From assembly GCF_964194025.1 (NCBI RefSeq), contig NC_134482.1, positions 38,750,001 to 38,814,000 on the forward strand: a stretch of DNA of 64,000 bases. Direction: 5' to 3'. The translations under genes were made by a program, and so were the position numbers. Shown piece after piece: positions 12,126 through 25,797 of the stretch. The notes under the pieces were generated by a model. That model had not been told where the DNA came from. It worked only from the letters and a program-made list of their open reading frames with translations, and made no database searches. The stretch is from Convolutriloba macropyga (lineage: Eukaryota). The number at the start of each line of letters is the position of its first letter. Positions within the stretch are counted from its first letter, which is position 1.

Positions 12126-15100
12126 GAAACATTTTAATTTTATCGATTCGTTGCGACAAAATTGTTATAATTGTGTTTTTTTGGGTAAATTGGTAGTGGG
12201 AATTGATCTTTTTTTTGCTGGAGGAGAATCTGTCAAACCTACTAGCGACTACAGCCTAGATTATTTCCAAAACTTGACAAAAAGCTCCTTCAACCATAAT
12301 ACTTGCATATGATCTGCGACTATCCAATTTTGATACTGCTACAAAAAAGGTATCTCTACAACTCAACTAATTACTTTTTTACAGATATTTATGAAACAAG
12401 CAGAGTAGCAGATGCAATGTTGAAATGTGGCAAATCGGTAACAACCCGCGTTCATAATTCCGCGATGTTAAAACCAAAGTGACAAAGAAATAGTTAATTG
12501 ACAAAACCTATTCAGCCATAGCGTTCCAAATTTTTATCGAAAATTCAGACAGGAGACGATTCAAACGGGAAACGGTTTTCTGATGCAAGTAGAGGATATA
12601 AAATTTTATTAGAATTAGACATGGCAAACTAAAACTTGTCCTTCGAAAAATGGCTATTCGAGGAAAAGAAATTAAACGTTCAAGAATTAGTGACGATGAG
12701 ACTTAGTATATGTTTTTTCAAAACAGAAAAGAGCAATTTCTATTCTATTTTTTAAGGATGAGGCCGTCAAAGCCAGGTCAAATTTTTTTAAGATCTTAGC
12801 AGAAAAAAAGACTCAAAGGATAGTTTAGGCAATGCTGAACAGTTTTTGTCATAAGGTGGCAAAGTCTTTAGAAATTGCAATTCTTATAAAATTTTGAAAA
12901 AAATTTGATTTTCAACTTAGAAAGATTCAATTGGCTTGCAGTGATTTAAACCTCATTTCTCCAAAAATCTCTTTGAATGTGTTTTAATTTCCAATACCCA
13001 ACAGCCAAGGAAACAAGTGTGCTCATAGGTTTTTTTCGTACAAGTAAACAACTCAGTTGTTCAAAAATACTAGAATGGGCCCTAAAAGGTGCTAATTTAA
13101 AGCAAGTGGATCCACTTTTCAATCTCACGGTTCAATTCATCATAGAGGAAATGTTGCTGAATATGTGAAAAAAGCGTATGTAACTCAAAAAAATCTAACT
13201 GATTCACTCAATTCCAGACCTATTTATGTCATTTCCGCTTTGTCAAAGTTTTGGGAGAGACGCTTAGCTGGCAAAAAAGAGTTTCCTGTGAAACTTGATT
13301 ATTGCTTTTGATGAACACAATACCAATTCAATGGAGAAATCTTTGAGTAAAAAGACGCAAGGGATTGTTCAAAAAAAGGTTCAATCAGATTGGTTATTTT
13401 TGAAAAGAGGCCGGTCGCAAGGTACTGTTTTAGGTCCTTTATTTAATCTTTAGTAGAAAGTTTTACGGTCTGGCAGTATGCTGAAAACACTTTTCTTTAT
13501 ACACCCAACAATGTTGAAATATTTTTAGAAAAAGCTAAACAAAAGCTCTCTAAACTCTTTGATTTTTATCAAAACATCTTTTGAATGCTGAAAACAAAAA
13601 GATAGGAAACTAAAGTTTAATGTGCATGATGTGAAACATATACTTTACATACCGACTTTTGGAACGAATGCTTGGATTGCACTGTTTAAAAACTTACTGG
13701 AGAAAAAATTACAGTGTCCAATGCAATTCCTATCAGTCACGTACATTATTTTACTTATATTTTCGTTGGGCTCCACTAAGAAATAATGAGAACTTTGGGA
13801 AATAACTGAATCTGGGGAAACAAATAATGTAATAATGTGAGAAAGTACGATCAGTCTGCACATCTTAATCGTCCTAACAAAATTTCACACGTGGTCTTTC
13901 TCTTAAAATATCTTTGCGCAAAATTTGATGATATGTGGAAAAATATGTCAAAACTGAGATCAGAGAAAACTTTTTGAGACGTTGGAAGATATATATCAGT
14001 ACATGTCGTTTTTATACATCCGTTTAGCATAAGGTAAGTTGTTAATAAAGAGGAAAAGGTATGACTGTTAAGACTAGAGTAACTGATTTTAAGTCGCAAT
14101 GTCTGGAAGGTTTCCAAAAATTATCCACCCTTTTTGATGTTTTCATTTTAAGCTTTTTTGCATTGTTTCCGGTAATTTGAGCTGAGTAATATAATTGAGC
14201 AGATAATATAGTTGAGCAAATAAAAGGCCATATTTTATATTATTTTCTCCTTCAAGTCAATTACGAAGTTTTGAGTCTTTTTTTCATCTATTAATTGTCA
14301 GATATTATTGTCAATGCCATACTTGAAAAGTTACCAGTAAACTCATGCTTTTATACAGAAGACAGAGCAGAGAGGGGATTGTGAAACAGCAATTGATTTT
14401 TGTCCTCGAATGACTCTGAAAAATAGCAAAAATACTAGCTTCAAAAAATTGCAATAAATTTTACCTGAAAAGGTGAGAGATTTTGGATCAAATTTCTTTT
14501 TTTCCACAGCCTCCTTTTAGTTTTAACTAACGGGGCCAAATGGTATGTATTTTGAATATTTTACCGAATAATTTTCGTTTCGTGTGTTTTGTGTTCCTAA
14601 AGAAACATTTTATTTTTATCAATTCGTTGCGACAAAATTGTTGTAAACGTGTTTTTTTTGGGTAAATTGGTAGTGGGAATTGAAACTTCTATTGCTGGAG
14701 GAGAATCTGTCAAACTTACTGGCGACTAAAGCCTAGATTATTTCCAAAATTCGACAAAAAGCTCCTTCAACCATAATCTTTGCTTATGATCTGAGACTAT
14801 GCAGTTTTGATACTGCTACAAACAAATGTATCTCTACATTTCAACTAATCACTTTTTTACAGATATTTATGAGACAAGCAGAGTTGCAGTTGCAATTTTG
14901 AAATGTGCTAAATTGATAACATTTGATGATATGTGGAAAAATATGTCAAAACTGAGATCAGAGAACACTTTTTTGGACGTTGGAAGATATATATCAGTAC
15001 ATGTCGTTTTTATACTTCCGTTTAGCATAAAGTAAGTTGTTATTAAAGAGGAAAAGGTATGACTGTTAAGACTAGAGTAATTGATTTTAAGTCGCAATGT

Positions 15101-17842
15101 CTGGAAGATTTCCAAAAATTATCTACCCTTTTTGATGTGTTCATTTTAAGCTTTTTTGCATTCTGTCCGTTAATTTGAACTGAATAATATAATTGAGCAG
15201 ATAATATAGTTGAGCAAACAAAAGTTCACTCTTAACATCATCTTCTCCTTCAAGTCAATTACGCAGTTTTACGTCTTTTTTTCATCTATTAATTGTCACA
15301 TTTTAATGTCAATGCCATACTTGAAAGGTTACCAGTAAGCTCATGCTTTTATACAGAAGACAGAGCAGAGAGGGTAGTCCTCGAATGACTCTGAAAAAGA
15401 GCAATAATACTAGCTTCAAAAATTGCAAAAAGTGAGAAAAGGTGAAAAAAAGTTTTCCCTGAAAACGTGAGAATTTTTGGATCAAATTTGATTTTTTCCA
15501 CAGCCTCCTTTTAGTTTTAACTAACGGGGCCAAATGGTATGTAATTTGAATATTTTACTAAATAATTTTTATATATTCTCGTTTTAATTTTTTTCTTGTT
15601 TTTTTTCCAAAATTACAACTGTTGTTTTGTATCGTGTGTTTCGTGTTCTTAGAGAAATATTTTAATTTTATCAATTCGTTGCAACAAATTTGTTATAAAC
15701 GTGTTTCATTGTTTAAATTGGTATTGGAATTGAAATTTCCGTTGCGGGAGGAGAATTTGTCAAACATACTGGCGACTAAAGCCTAGATTATTTCCAAAAC
15801 TCGACAAAAAACTCCTTCAATCATAATCTTTGCTTATGATCTGAGACTATGCAATTTTGATATTGCGGCTGCTACAAACAATGGTATCTCTACAACTCAA
15901 TCAATTACTTTTTGCAGATATTTATGAGACACGCAGAGTAGCAGATGCATTTTTGAAATGTAGTAAATTGATAAAATTTGATGATATGTGGAAAAAATAT
16001 GTCAAAGCTGAGATCAGAGAACACTTTTTGGGACGTCATAAGATGTATATCAGTACATGTCGTTTTTATACATCCGTTTAGCATAAGGTAAGTTTTTATA
16101 AAAGAAGAAAATGTATGACTGTTAAGACTAGAGTAACTGATTTTAAGTCGCAATGTCTGGAAAATTTTCAAAAAATATCTACTCTGTTTGTTGTTTTCAC
16201 TTTTTCAATTTCAACTTTTTTATTGTGTCCGTTAATTTGAGCTGAGTAATATAATTAAGCAGATAATATAGTTGAGCAAATAAAAGGCCACAATATATAT
16301 TATCTTCTCCTTCAATTCAAATACAAAGTTTTCCGTCTTTTTTTCATCTATTAATTGTCAGATATTATTGTCAATGCCATACTTGAAAAGTTATCAGTAA
16401 ACTCATGCTTTTATACAGAAGACAGAGCAGAGTGGGGAGTGAGAAACAGCAATTGGTTTTTGTTCTCGAATGACTCTGAAAAAGAGCAAAAATTCTAGCT
16501 TCAAAAATTGCAAAAAAATTTTACCTGAAAAGGTGAGAATTTTTGGATAAAATTTGATTTTTTCCACAGCCTTCTTTTAGTTTTAACTAACGGGGCCAAA
16601 TGGTATTTATTTTGAATATTTTACCGAATAATTTTTGTGCAAATTTGAGAATTTTGCAAATTTGAGATTGATTTATATATTCTCGTTTTATTTTTTTTCT
16701 TTTCGATTTTCTTCTCTAGTTTTTTTTCCAAAATTACAACCGTTTTTTTGTTTCGTGTCTTTTGTGTTCTTAAAGAAACATTTTGATTTTATCAATTCGT
16801 TGCAACAAAATTGTTATAAACGTGTTTTTTGGGTAAATTGGTAGTGGGAATTGAAATTTCTAGTGCTGGAGGAGAATCTGTCAAACTTACTGGCGACTAA
16901 AGCCTAGATTATTTCCAAAACTTGACAAAAAGCTCCTTCAACCATAATCTTTGCTTATGATCTGAGACTATGCAATTTTGATACTGCTACAAACAAAGGT
17001 ATCTCTACAACTCATCTAATTACTTTTTTTCAGATATTTGTGAGACAAGCAGAGTAGCAGATGCAATTTTGAAATGTGATAAATTGATAAAATTTGATGA
17101 TATGTGGAAAAATATGTCAAAACTGAGATCAGAGAACACTTTTTGGGACGTCGGAAGAAATATATCAGTACATGTCGTTTTTTTACATCCGTTTAGCATA
17201 AGGTAAGTTTTTAATAAAGAAGAAAATGTATGACTGTTAAGACTAGAGTAACTGATTTGAAGTCGCAATGTCTGGAAAATTTCTAAAAAATATCTACTCT
17301 TTTTGATGTTTTCATTTTCAACTTTTTTGCATTCTGTCCGTTAATTTGAACTGAATAATATAATTGAGCAGATAATATAGTTGAGCAAACAAAAGGTCAC
17401 ACTTAACATTATCTTCTCCTTCAAGTCAATTACGCAGTTTTACGTCTTTTTTTTTTCATCTATTAATTGTCACATTTCATTGTCAATGCCATACTTGAAA
17501 AGTTACCAGTAAGCTCATGCTTTTATACAGAAGACAGAGCAGAGAGGGTAGTCCTCGAATGACTCTGAAAAAGAGCAATGAAACTAGCTTCAAAAATTGC
17601 AAAAAGTGAGAAAAGGTGAGAAAAGGTTTTCCCTGAAAAGGTGAGAATTTTTGGATCAAATTTGATTTTTTTCCACAGCCTCCTTTTAGTTTTAACTAAC
17701 GGGGCCAAATGGTATGTAATTTGAATATTTTACTAAATAATTTTTATATATTCTCGTTTTAATTTTTTTCTTTTTGATTTTCTTCTCTAGTTTTTTTTTC
17801 CAAAATTACAACATTTTTTGCTTCGTGTGTTTTGTATTCTTA
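12126..17842. repeat. Tandem array of four ~1.05-1.12 kb units with alternating variants (~2.17 kb higher-order period)
   Basis: Unit marker gaaacattttaattttatc.attcgttgc near 12126, 14601, 15653, 16775; first unit interrupted at ~12441-13918. Confidence 0.9.
12441..13918 (+). mobile_element. Highly decayed LINE-like insertion in the first array unit
   Basis: Interrupts the unit cleanly; SQGTVLGPLF and QYAENT (YADD-like) remnants at ~13415-13490. Confidence 0.45.
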
Positions 17843-18004
17843 ATCTCCGCGAACAATTTCAGACCGCAGTTTTAGTCTGTAATTGGCAGCTTTGATTTCC
17901 TTTTTAATTGTTTTGTTTCATTTTTACATTGTTTTTGTTTGATAGAAAAGATGAAAATTGCCCGAGGACAGACTTATTTGTGTCTATATTTGCCACAACT
18001 TCCA

Positions 18005-18867
18005 CCCGGGTCGAAAGAAAATCGGAAAAATATGTAAGATAAGCGGTGAAAAGTTGGTTTTTTCTCCACAAATTTCGTACATATTTTTGCGGTGAAATGC
18101 GGTGAATGCGGTGAAGTTATGTAAGTTCACCGCTAGAGTAAGCGGTGAACTTACAAAAATAAACCACATTTCACCGCTTACTACAAGTTACCGTCCTTGC
18201 AAAGATTCGAAACTCTCACCTCCTGCATTTCAACCACTTCTTGTTCCACTGCGCCACTTCTCACCAAAAGCTTGCTTATTTGTTTTGAATTTAAATCAAA
18301 TATACTCTCCCTTATGAAAAACACGTGTTGAACTTTTGTAAGATAAGCGGTGAAATTACAAATTTTAGCGGTGAAGTGCGGTGAATGCAGTGAAATTATA
18401 TAAGCTCACCGCTTACTCTAGTGGTGAAATTACATAAATTCACCGCTTAAAAATTTTTCAAAAAGTTGTATGATTTTTCGTTGGTAATTTTTCCGTGAAT
18501 CTTTTAATAAAAGTATCTGAACTTCGTTGAACAAAAGACAATTCGGAGCGTTTTCTAAGCGGTGAATTTATGTAATTTCACCACTAAGTTAAGCGGTGAA
18601 TTTTTGAATTTTCATTGCATTCACCGCTTATCTTACAAAATTTGAACAATTTTTTTCAAAGCGGTGAACTTATGTAATTTCACCCCTGAATTCAGCGGTG
18701 AAAATATGTAATTTCACGGCTACCAGGCGATAAAGGATTTTTCCACCGCTTTCACCGCCTGATTTATGTATTTTCACCGCATTCACCACTTATCTTACAA
18801 AATGTTTTGCTTTCACCGCGTATCTGACATAATTTTGCGTTGAATGGCGATGACACCTCGACCCGGG
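18005..18867. mobile_element. Full copy of family A non-autonomous transposon
   Basis: Perfect 10-bp TIR CCCGGGTCGA/TCGACCCGGG, 2-bp TSD CA, dense GCGGTGAA subrepeats. Confidence 0.9.
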
Positions 18868-21800
18868 CATCCACCTGTTGTTTCTTCTACATTTCAGAAA
18901 TTTTTAAATGGAAACTACTCTCCTGGGATCAAACTATTGGTTGCTTCGCTCATATCAAACACTTGAATGTTTGATACGGCCTATTCAACTGAAATATCTG
19001 AACCACCTTTTATAAACCTTTTTTGTTTCAGACTCACATTTCTGCGGACAAATTTGAATTTAGTTGTAGAATCGTTTTTGTGTAGAGTAATTTTTGTACC
19101 ACACTTTGCAATGAGAAATTCTCCATTTCTTTTTTTAGTTAAAGCATGTGACAAAAACATTATGGCTTGCTGTAAGGCTAATTTGAAGTCATGATCTTTG
19201 TTCAGTTCCCAGGACGTGTTTTTCTAATGTTATTTTATTTTGAAATTTTTTTGAGTGTTTGGAATGAAAGTGATCCGAGGTTCCCCTTTTAGGGAATCTA
19301 CTTTCCACCTTTTTTAAATATTTTTCCCAATATCAGACTTCCCAAATTTAGACAAAACACCATAAAACAACATTTCAATAGAGACAAAAAATCTCTTTTC
19401 AGTGTGTTTAGCGAAAAAGTAACTAAGGGTTTTACTTTGGTTATGCGTTAAGAATCTTCAAGCTGAAAAATTTTAGAGCTTACCTTCAGTTCAACTTTAT
19501 TTGAAAGAGATTTTACGAAAAAGAAATATAAATATTTTTGGATGAATTGTTTCTTTTTTTCAAACTTGAACGCTATTTTATGTTTTCTATTTAACATTTC
19601 AGATTTCTTGATGAAATTTTGTTCCATGACAAAGACTTCTTCGTGCATATACAAGCGACTATAGTGCATTACATGTTTATACACACCCCTTAATTTTTAT
19701 CAAATTCGAACTAATCTTAGCCCTGTGGAACCCACTTACGCAAAAACTGATGTACGCTTACATTTATCTCTCAGTGGTCAGTACTTTCCGCAGAACACGT
19801 CAAGAGCATTTTGTGAAAATCACTGACAATAAAAAGTTGTATACCCCGACAGAATTCTGCTAGTGGATTTCGCAAAACAAGAAAAAAATGTTCTAAACAC
19901 TTTAATGCTAATATTCTTTCGAGTTTTAACGTTCTAAAGTTACAGCACAATTGTTTGGAGTACACTAAAACAAATTAAAAATAAAATGAACGAAAATGCT
20001 CAATACCATAATTCTCGTTAACTACTACAATCAAGGGCAAAAAATTTTGAATTCGACAAACTTTGTTCAAGATCCTTTTTAGATATGCCCAGTTCAAGAA
20101 CTTTTTGTATTAGGATTGAGTTTTAATTTCGTAAGACTTTATTTAACTAAAGAAAAAAAAACGATTTCAATTAGAACATCAAGGATAAAATTTGAATTTA
20201 TAAGTTTGTACGTTTTCATATTCCATTCTCATTTTCATTTTCAAAATTTTTTCAATCTCATATTATATCCAGCCGAGTCTATACACACAATATTTATGTT
20301 CCTTTTTTAATCGTAAACACAGAATACATTTCCGCAGGCAAAATTGACTCCAGAACATCTCTATTGTACAAACCACTTCTCAAAATCAAAGCAAACTCAA
20401 GAAAGACCACTAAATTTTTGAAATAAATCAATTTTTGTAAGCAATTCTCAAGTCTCTGAAGATTAAAGCTAGTTGGTGGAGAAATTGTGAAATTTTTTTG
20501 GTGAAATTAAAGTAACTAATAGCTGAAAGTGAATTGTTCATGTTATCAAAAGTCCTCAAAGTCAAGCAGCAAAATTCATTTTGTAAACCGAAGCTTCAAA
20601 ATCTGCTTGGACACAAAATATTTTCCGCCTAAACAACTGAATATTTGTGGTAAAGTTGTTGTTTTCTTAATGTTTTTTTCCTTTACGTCAAAGTTTTCAC
20701 AATGTTTTTGAAACCAAAACCTTTTTTGTAGGCAACTCTCAAAAACAATTTTCTGAAAATTAATAGTAGTTGAAAAGGAAATTGTGAACTTTTTTATGGA
20801 AATTTAAGAAACTAAAAAACTAAAATGAAATTTTTGATGTTCTGAAAAGTTCAAATTTAAGCTCTTGTTTTCTACTCAGAAAATACTTTGAAAATGAGGA
20901 GAAATGAGACATTTGGGAAAATTTATTTTATCTGCTTTTTATTAGAAAGAAGGGGGTTTTATTCTGAAATGCTTAATTGCACAATTTTCCGCCAATCTAT
21001 ATCCCAAACGTAACTGGATTTAAATCTGTGTAAAAAATTGAGAAAACACTCTTCTCCGAGATCAAAAACAATTAGCTCTCCTTTCATTGGCACGAAACGG
21101 GAAGATTTCGAAATTGATTAGAAGCACAAATTTCCCCCAATCCAATTCGCGAGACCTAATTGTTTGTCCACTTCTAGTAAAGACTGAGAAATTAGTTCTC
21201 AGAAGTGCAAAATCTTTTTTAAAAAGTGGGGGAACTCCGTGAATTTAATTACCACACGACCTTTTTTTCAAACAGATGTAGGGAAACCTCTGAAAATAAA
21301 CTTAGTTGCACCAAATACCCCAATCCTTTTTCCTAGTCTTAGTTTGCTCGAGACAAAATTAGTTATTGCCTTTTAATCCACTAAACTTTCTAATGCAGTT
21401 ATATCCGTTTCTCTGCGATTGAAAAGTTTCACAATTTATTAAAGAAAAGCATTCAACGCTTAATGAAATTTTAAAAGAACGATTATTAATTATAATCGGA
21501 AAACGTACTCTTGTGTTTCCGGTACTCTAGTTTGATGGTTTAATTGGCATCCTGATACATATATCAAACGCACATTGAGTTCGTCGAATCTAATTACGCA
21601 ACTCGCGGAATCAAATTATGAAATATAGTAACAAAAAATTTGACATTTCATTACGCATTTTGTGGAATCTTATAACGCAAATCTCGAGCTTTAATTACGC
21701 AAATTGTGCAAACTAAGAAATCAAATCTTGATATCTACTTATCTAGGCCTGCCAGATACACTTTCACTAATCCGTCAGTGAATTCCGCAAAACGCTTTCT

Positions 21801-22507
21801 GTGGAAAAAATGACTCCATCCTTTCCAAATATTCCAATCCAAGCCAATTTGACGAACGTAATTTTATTCCACAAGACGAAAGTTTTGAGGTTGCATGCGG
21901 AATCAACTGCACGAATCGGTCAATTTTGCCCGATTTAGGGGTCTGTCATTCACGTGCTCAAAACTGTGATAGAATGTTATTTTGCCTCTTCTATCAATTT
22001 TGAGCAATTTTCTACAAATCTTGTGTTACAGTGTTGCCACTAAAAACTGAAACAGAAATTTATATAATTTGATGAAAAATTGTTACATTTGCACTCAAAA
22101 GAGTGAATGAGATAAATAGGTGTTTTTTGCGGGGATTTTTTTTCATTTTTTTTTAAAAACCCAAGTTATAAAAAAAATTTGTAGAAAAAATGCGCAATTT
22201 GAACTAATTGGAGCGGACAAATTTGCTGTTAATGAGTGCTTATCTTTCAAAAACTCTCATGCTTTAGTTTATTTTTCAAAAACTGCGTTTTTGAAAATTG
22301 CTTGTTTTTCAAAAACTGCATTAATGTTTTAGTTTTTAGTTGAAAGAATCTCATTTAAAAACATATCCCTTGTCGAGTTTTTACCGCAAAAAAAGATCTA
22401 TGAAGAGGGGGTAATCGGGAAAATGTTTATCCAATTTCCCTCAAAACCCTTATATCATTTTGTGGAGTAATGCGGGGTAATCCGATTCAAGACTGGTTAT
22501 AATGATT

Positions 22508-22897
22508 GTCTGGACATGAACGCACGAAAGTCTGGACATGAACGCACGAAAGTCTGGTGAACGCACGAAAGTCTGGACATAAACGCACGAAAGTCTGGTG
22601 AACGCACGAAAGTCTGGTGAACGCACGAAAGTCTGTCGAACGCACGAAAGTCTGGACATGAACGCACGAAAGTCTGGACATGAACGCACGAAAGTCTGGT
22701 GAACGCACGAAAGTCTGGACATGAACGCACGAAAGTCTGGTGAACGCACGAAGGTCTGGACATGAACGCACGAAAGTCTGGTGAACGCACGAAAGTCTGG
22801 ACATAGGCACTTTCCGTCTGGGACGGTCTGGACATAGGCACTTTCCGTCTGGGACGGTCTGGACATATCGACTTTCCGTCTGGGACCTCAACCTGGG
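22508..22897. repeat. Minisatellite of 22-bp and 19-bp units, then three ~31-bp units, ending at a TCAACCTGGG transposon end
   Basis: GTCTGGACATGAACGCACGAAA and GTCTGGTGAACGCACGAAA units; GTCTGGACATAGGCACTTTCCGTCTGGGACG x~3. Confidence 0.9.
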
Positions 22898-23311
22898 ATG
22901 GTATTTTAAATGCGCACGTGCGTGTGACAGCTTTTAAATCTGTACTCTGTGTCAGTTGCTCAGTTTTTGCTGCTTGAAGACTAACAGAATGCTTGAATGT
23001 TAGAAGAAATTTAAGTCATATTTTTTATTCATTCAGAAAAGATAAACAAAAATTTGATTAATTTAAGGAGAGAACTAAATAAGATGCTTCTAAACGTTTT
23101 GGATCTATTCTGTAAGCTTAGTGGGCATATAACTTTCACGCCCCCCCCCAAGGCGCATGTGCTAGTTTTTACATGGTAACGTTTTATATATCAACGCATA
23201 AATGGTAAATGGGGGGTCAAAAAGACACTGTGAGAAGAGATCCAATGTTTGAGTTATTTGAGTTAGAGTTAAGTTCTATAGAAAAGTTACAAATTTAAGA
23301 TGTCTTTTTTC

Positions 23312-23566
23312 CTAATCACTGGTGCAACTTTGTGACCAGTGGTCGCATTTTTCGCCCCCGAACCAATCGCAGTCATCATCTTCATAACAGGGTTGTCGAG
23401 TCCTGAAAATCTGGTTGTATTCACGCCTCAAATGATTGGGCGGAAGCCGTTCTCTTCGAGATATGAAGTCCCGGGTGTCTTGACCTCTCTTGCTGGGGTC
23501 GTAGGGATTGAGGGCAAGTAGCATTCCAATGCAAGTTGCAATCACTGCCAATCTCATTGACATCAT
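23312..23566 (-). CDS. Secreted prepropeptide with a C-terminal 4-Cys mature peptide
   Basis: Signal-like MMSMRLAVIATCIGMLLA (ccaaaATG at 23566), KR/RR/RR/RTR sites, QPCYEDDDCDWFGGEKCDHWSQSCTSD*; splice acceptor tttttttccttgttttag at 23605 just upstream. Confidence 0.75.
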   Translation of the reverse strand: MMSMRLAVIATCIGMLLALNPYDPSKRGQDTRDFISRRERLPPNHLRREYNQIFRTRQPCYEDDDCDWFGGEKCDHWSQSCTSD

Positions 23567-25080
23567 TTTGGAACAGGCAAAGATCATTATAGAGTTTCTT
23601 CAATCTAAAACAAGGAAAAAAACTGAGTAGATAAACTAGAATAGATTTTTTCATATACAAAACGCTGATTTTTCATATCCCCTTTTTAGCCGAAGAGAAG
23701 AATTAGAGCATAAAATTTTGCAAACCAGCAAAACTATCTCAAAAACGCCAAAAACGCTCAAAAACATTTATTAAAAAATGACTTAAGCCTCCGAGCTTGT
23801 AATAGCTGGAATTAAAACTCAGTTGTAGGCATTATTCACACTAAAAAATGCGCAGAGGACACAAATTCGAACATTAGATAAACAATGTTTTTAAGCGAGA
23901 GATTGGGGCAGAGATTACTGTCAACCGTTTTGCAGTTTTTGATTGCCTATTTTGTGAAGGGCGTTGATATAATTTTCTTAGGCCTCCACCTGTGAATTCC
24001 TGCAAATTGACTCTAAGATGATTTGGGCGAAAAAAAACTTTATTTATCGAATTTTGAAACTCAGTACCTGTTTTTTGACGAATTGTTTCAACTTTTAATC
24101 AAATTTTATCACTCGCTCGTCTGAAAGCTTTTGTAAGAACTGAGTACAGTTTGATCTGGATATCAATTTAAGCTGTCGTCACGTGATATGATAGACCTGG
24201 TCTGGTTATACGAGTTCAAAATAATTATTATGATTTTCATTACTGCAATTTACAAAATCGTGTTCTTATGATATGTTGTCTTTCTAAGGGCCACATAACT
24301 GCATTTAATTAGCAAAACGTTTTGATGAACAGAATAGAAAAAAATAAACAAGAGTAAAGATAAAACACAGTACTATGCGTTGAATCACACTCTAAAATTT
24401 TCTCGCGTGAGATCACATAAAAAATCATGTGCCAACACACGATTTTTCAGTTAAAAAGTGACACACAAGAAAATTGGAATTTACGTGATTTTTCGTGTGA
24501 AATCACACGAATCTCTCGAGTTGACCTTCGCGAGTTTTCATGTGATTCACACGAGTTTTCACGTAATTTCTCATGTAGAATCACACGTTTTTTCATGTGA
24601 GCCCACGTGATTTTTTGGGGGTTTTACAAACGAAAAATCGTGTATTTTTACATGAAATTTTGCACGATTTTTTGCGTAAAAATTACCGAAAAATCATGTG
24701 AAAAGCCCCGAAAAATTATGTGGGCTCACACTATAACTCGTGTGACTTTACATGAGAAATTACGTGAAAAATCGTGTGAATCACGTGACAACAAGTGAAG
24801 GCTAACCCGAGAGATTCGTGTGATTTCACACGAAATATAATGTAAATTGCATTTTTTTCGTGTGTCAATTTTTAACTGAAAAATCGTGTGTTGGCACATG
24901 ATTCTTTATGTGATCTCATATGACAAATCATGTACTGCTTTTTTTTACAAAACTCATTCAAAAAAAGGGCGGTCGCCCCAAAAAGCACTTGTTATTTGTG
25001 CTGTTAGGAGAAATTTTATTCATGTACGTCTCTAACTACCTTCTAAAAATACAACATTAAAAATTTTCTTCGAAAAATTT

Positions 25081-25720
25081 AAGGCCACGAGCTAATAGCA
25101 AGAAATAGAAGAGAAGACACAAAAAGAGTTCAAGCAGGTCAATTTTACGGCCCAACAGTTAAGAACACTTTTTGCCACCATCGCTTTAAAAAAATTGTTT
25201 CAAAACATTGGAGGCCACGAGCTAATAGCAGGAAATAGATGAGAAGACATGAAAAGAGTTCAAGTTTGTCAATTTTATGGCCCAATAATTAAGAACACGT
25301 TTGCCACCATAACTTGTTCAAAAATTTGTTCAAAAAATTGGAGGCCAAAAGCTAATAGCAAGAAAAAGAAGAGAAAACACGAAAAGAGTGTAAGTTGGTC
25401 AATTTTATGGCCCAACAATTGAGATCAATTTTGCTACCATAACTTTTGAAAACTTTTTTTTCAAAAAATCGGAGGTCACGAGCTAATACCAAGAAATAGA
25501 AGAGAAGACACGAAAAGAACTCAAGTTGGTCAATTTTATGGCCGAACAATTGAGAAAACTTTTGCAACCATTACTTTTAAAAAATTTGTTTCAGAAAATT
25601 GGAGGCCAAGACCCAATAGCAAGAAAAGAAGAGAAGACACGAAAAGAGTTCAAGTTGGTCAATTTTATGGCCCAACAATTTAGAACACTTCAAAAAATGG
25701 AGGCGACGAGCTAATAGCAA
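25081..25720. repeat. ~130-bp tandem repeat (about 5 copies) inside the CACTA element
   Basis: gaggccacgagctaatagcaagaaa recurs near 25081, 25211, 25341, 25471, 25601, 25699. Confidence 0.85.
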
Positions 25721-25797
25721 ATTTAAAAGAGAACAAAAAATAAATTTAAAAAAATAGGTTATCAACAGTTCAAGCAATAAATATGAAGGAAAATCTG

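Noticed and set aside
22450-22891. Three overlapping repetitive ORFs / CRISPR-like appearance
   Set aside because: Tandem minisatellite with no unique spacers; open frames arise because the unit lacks stops
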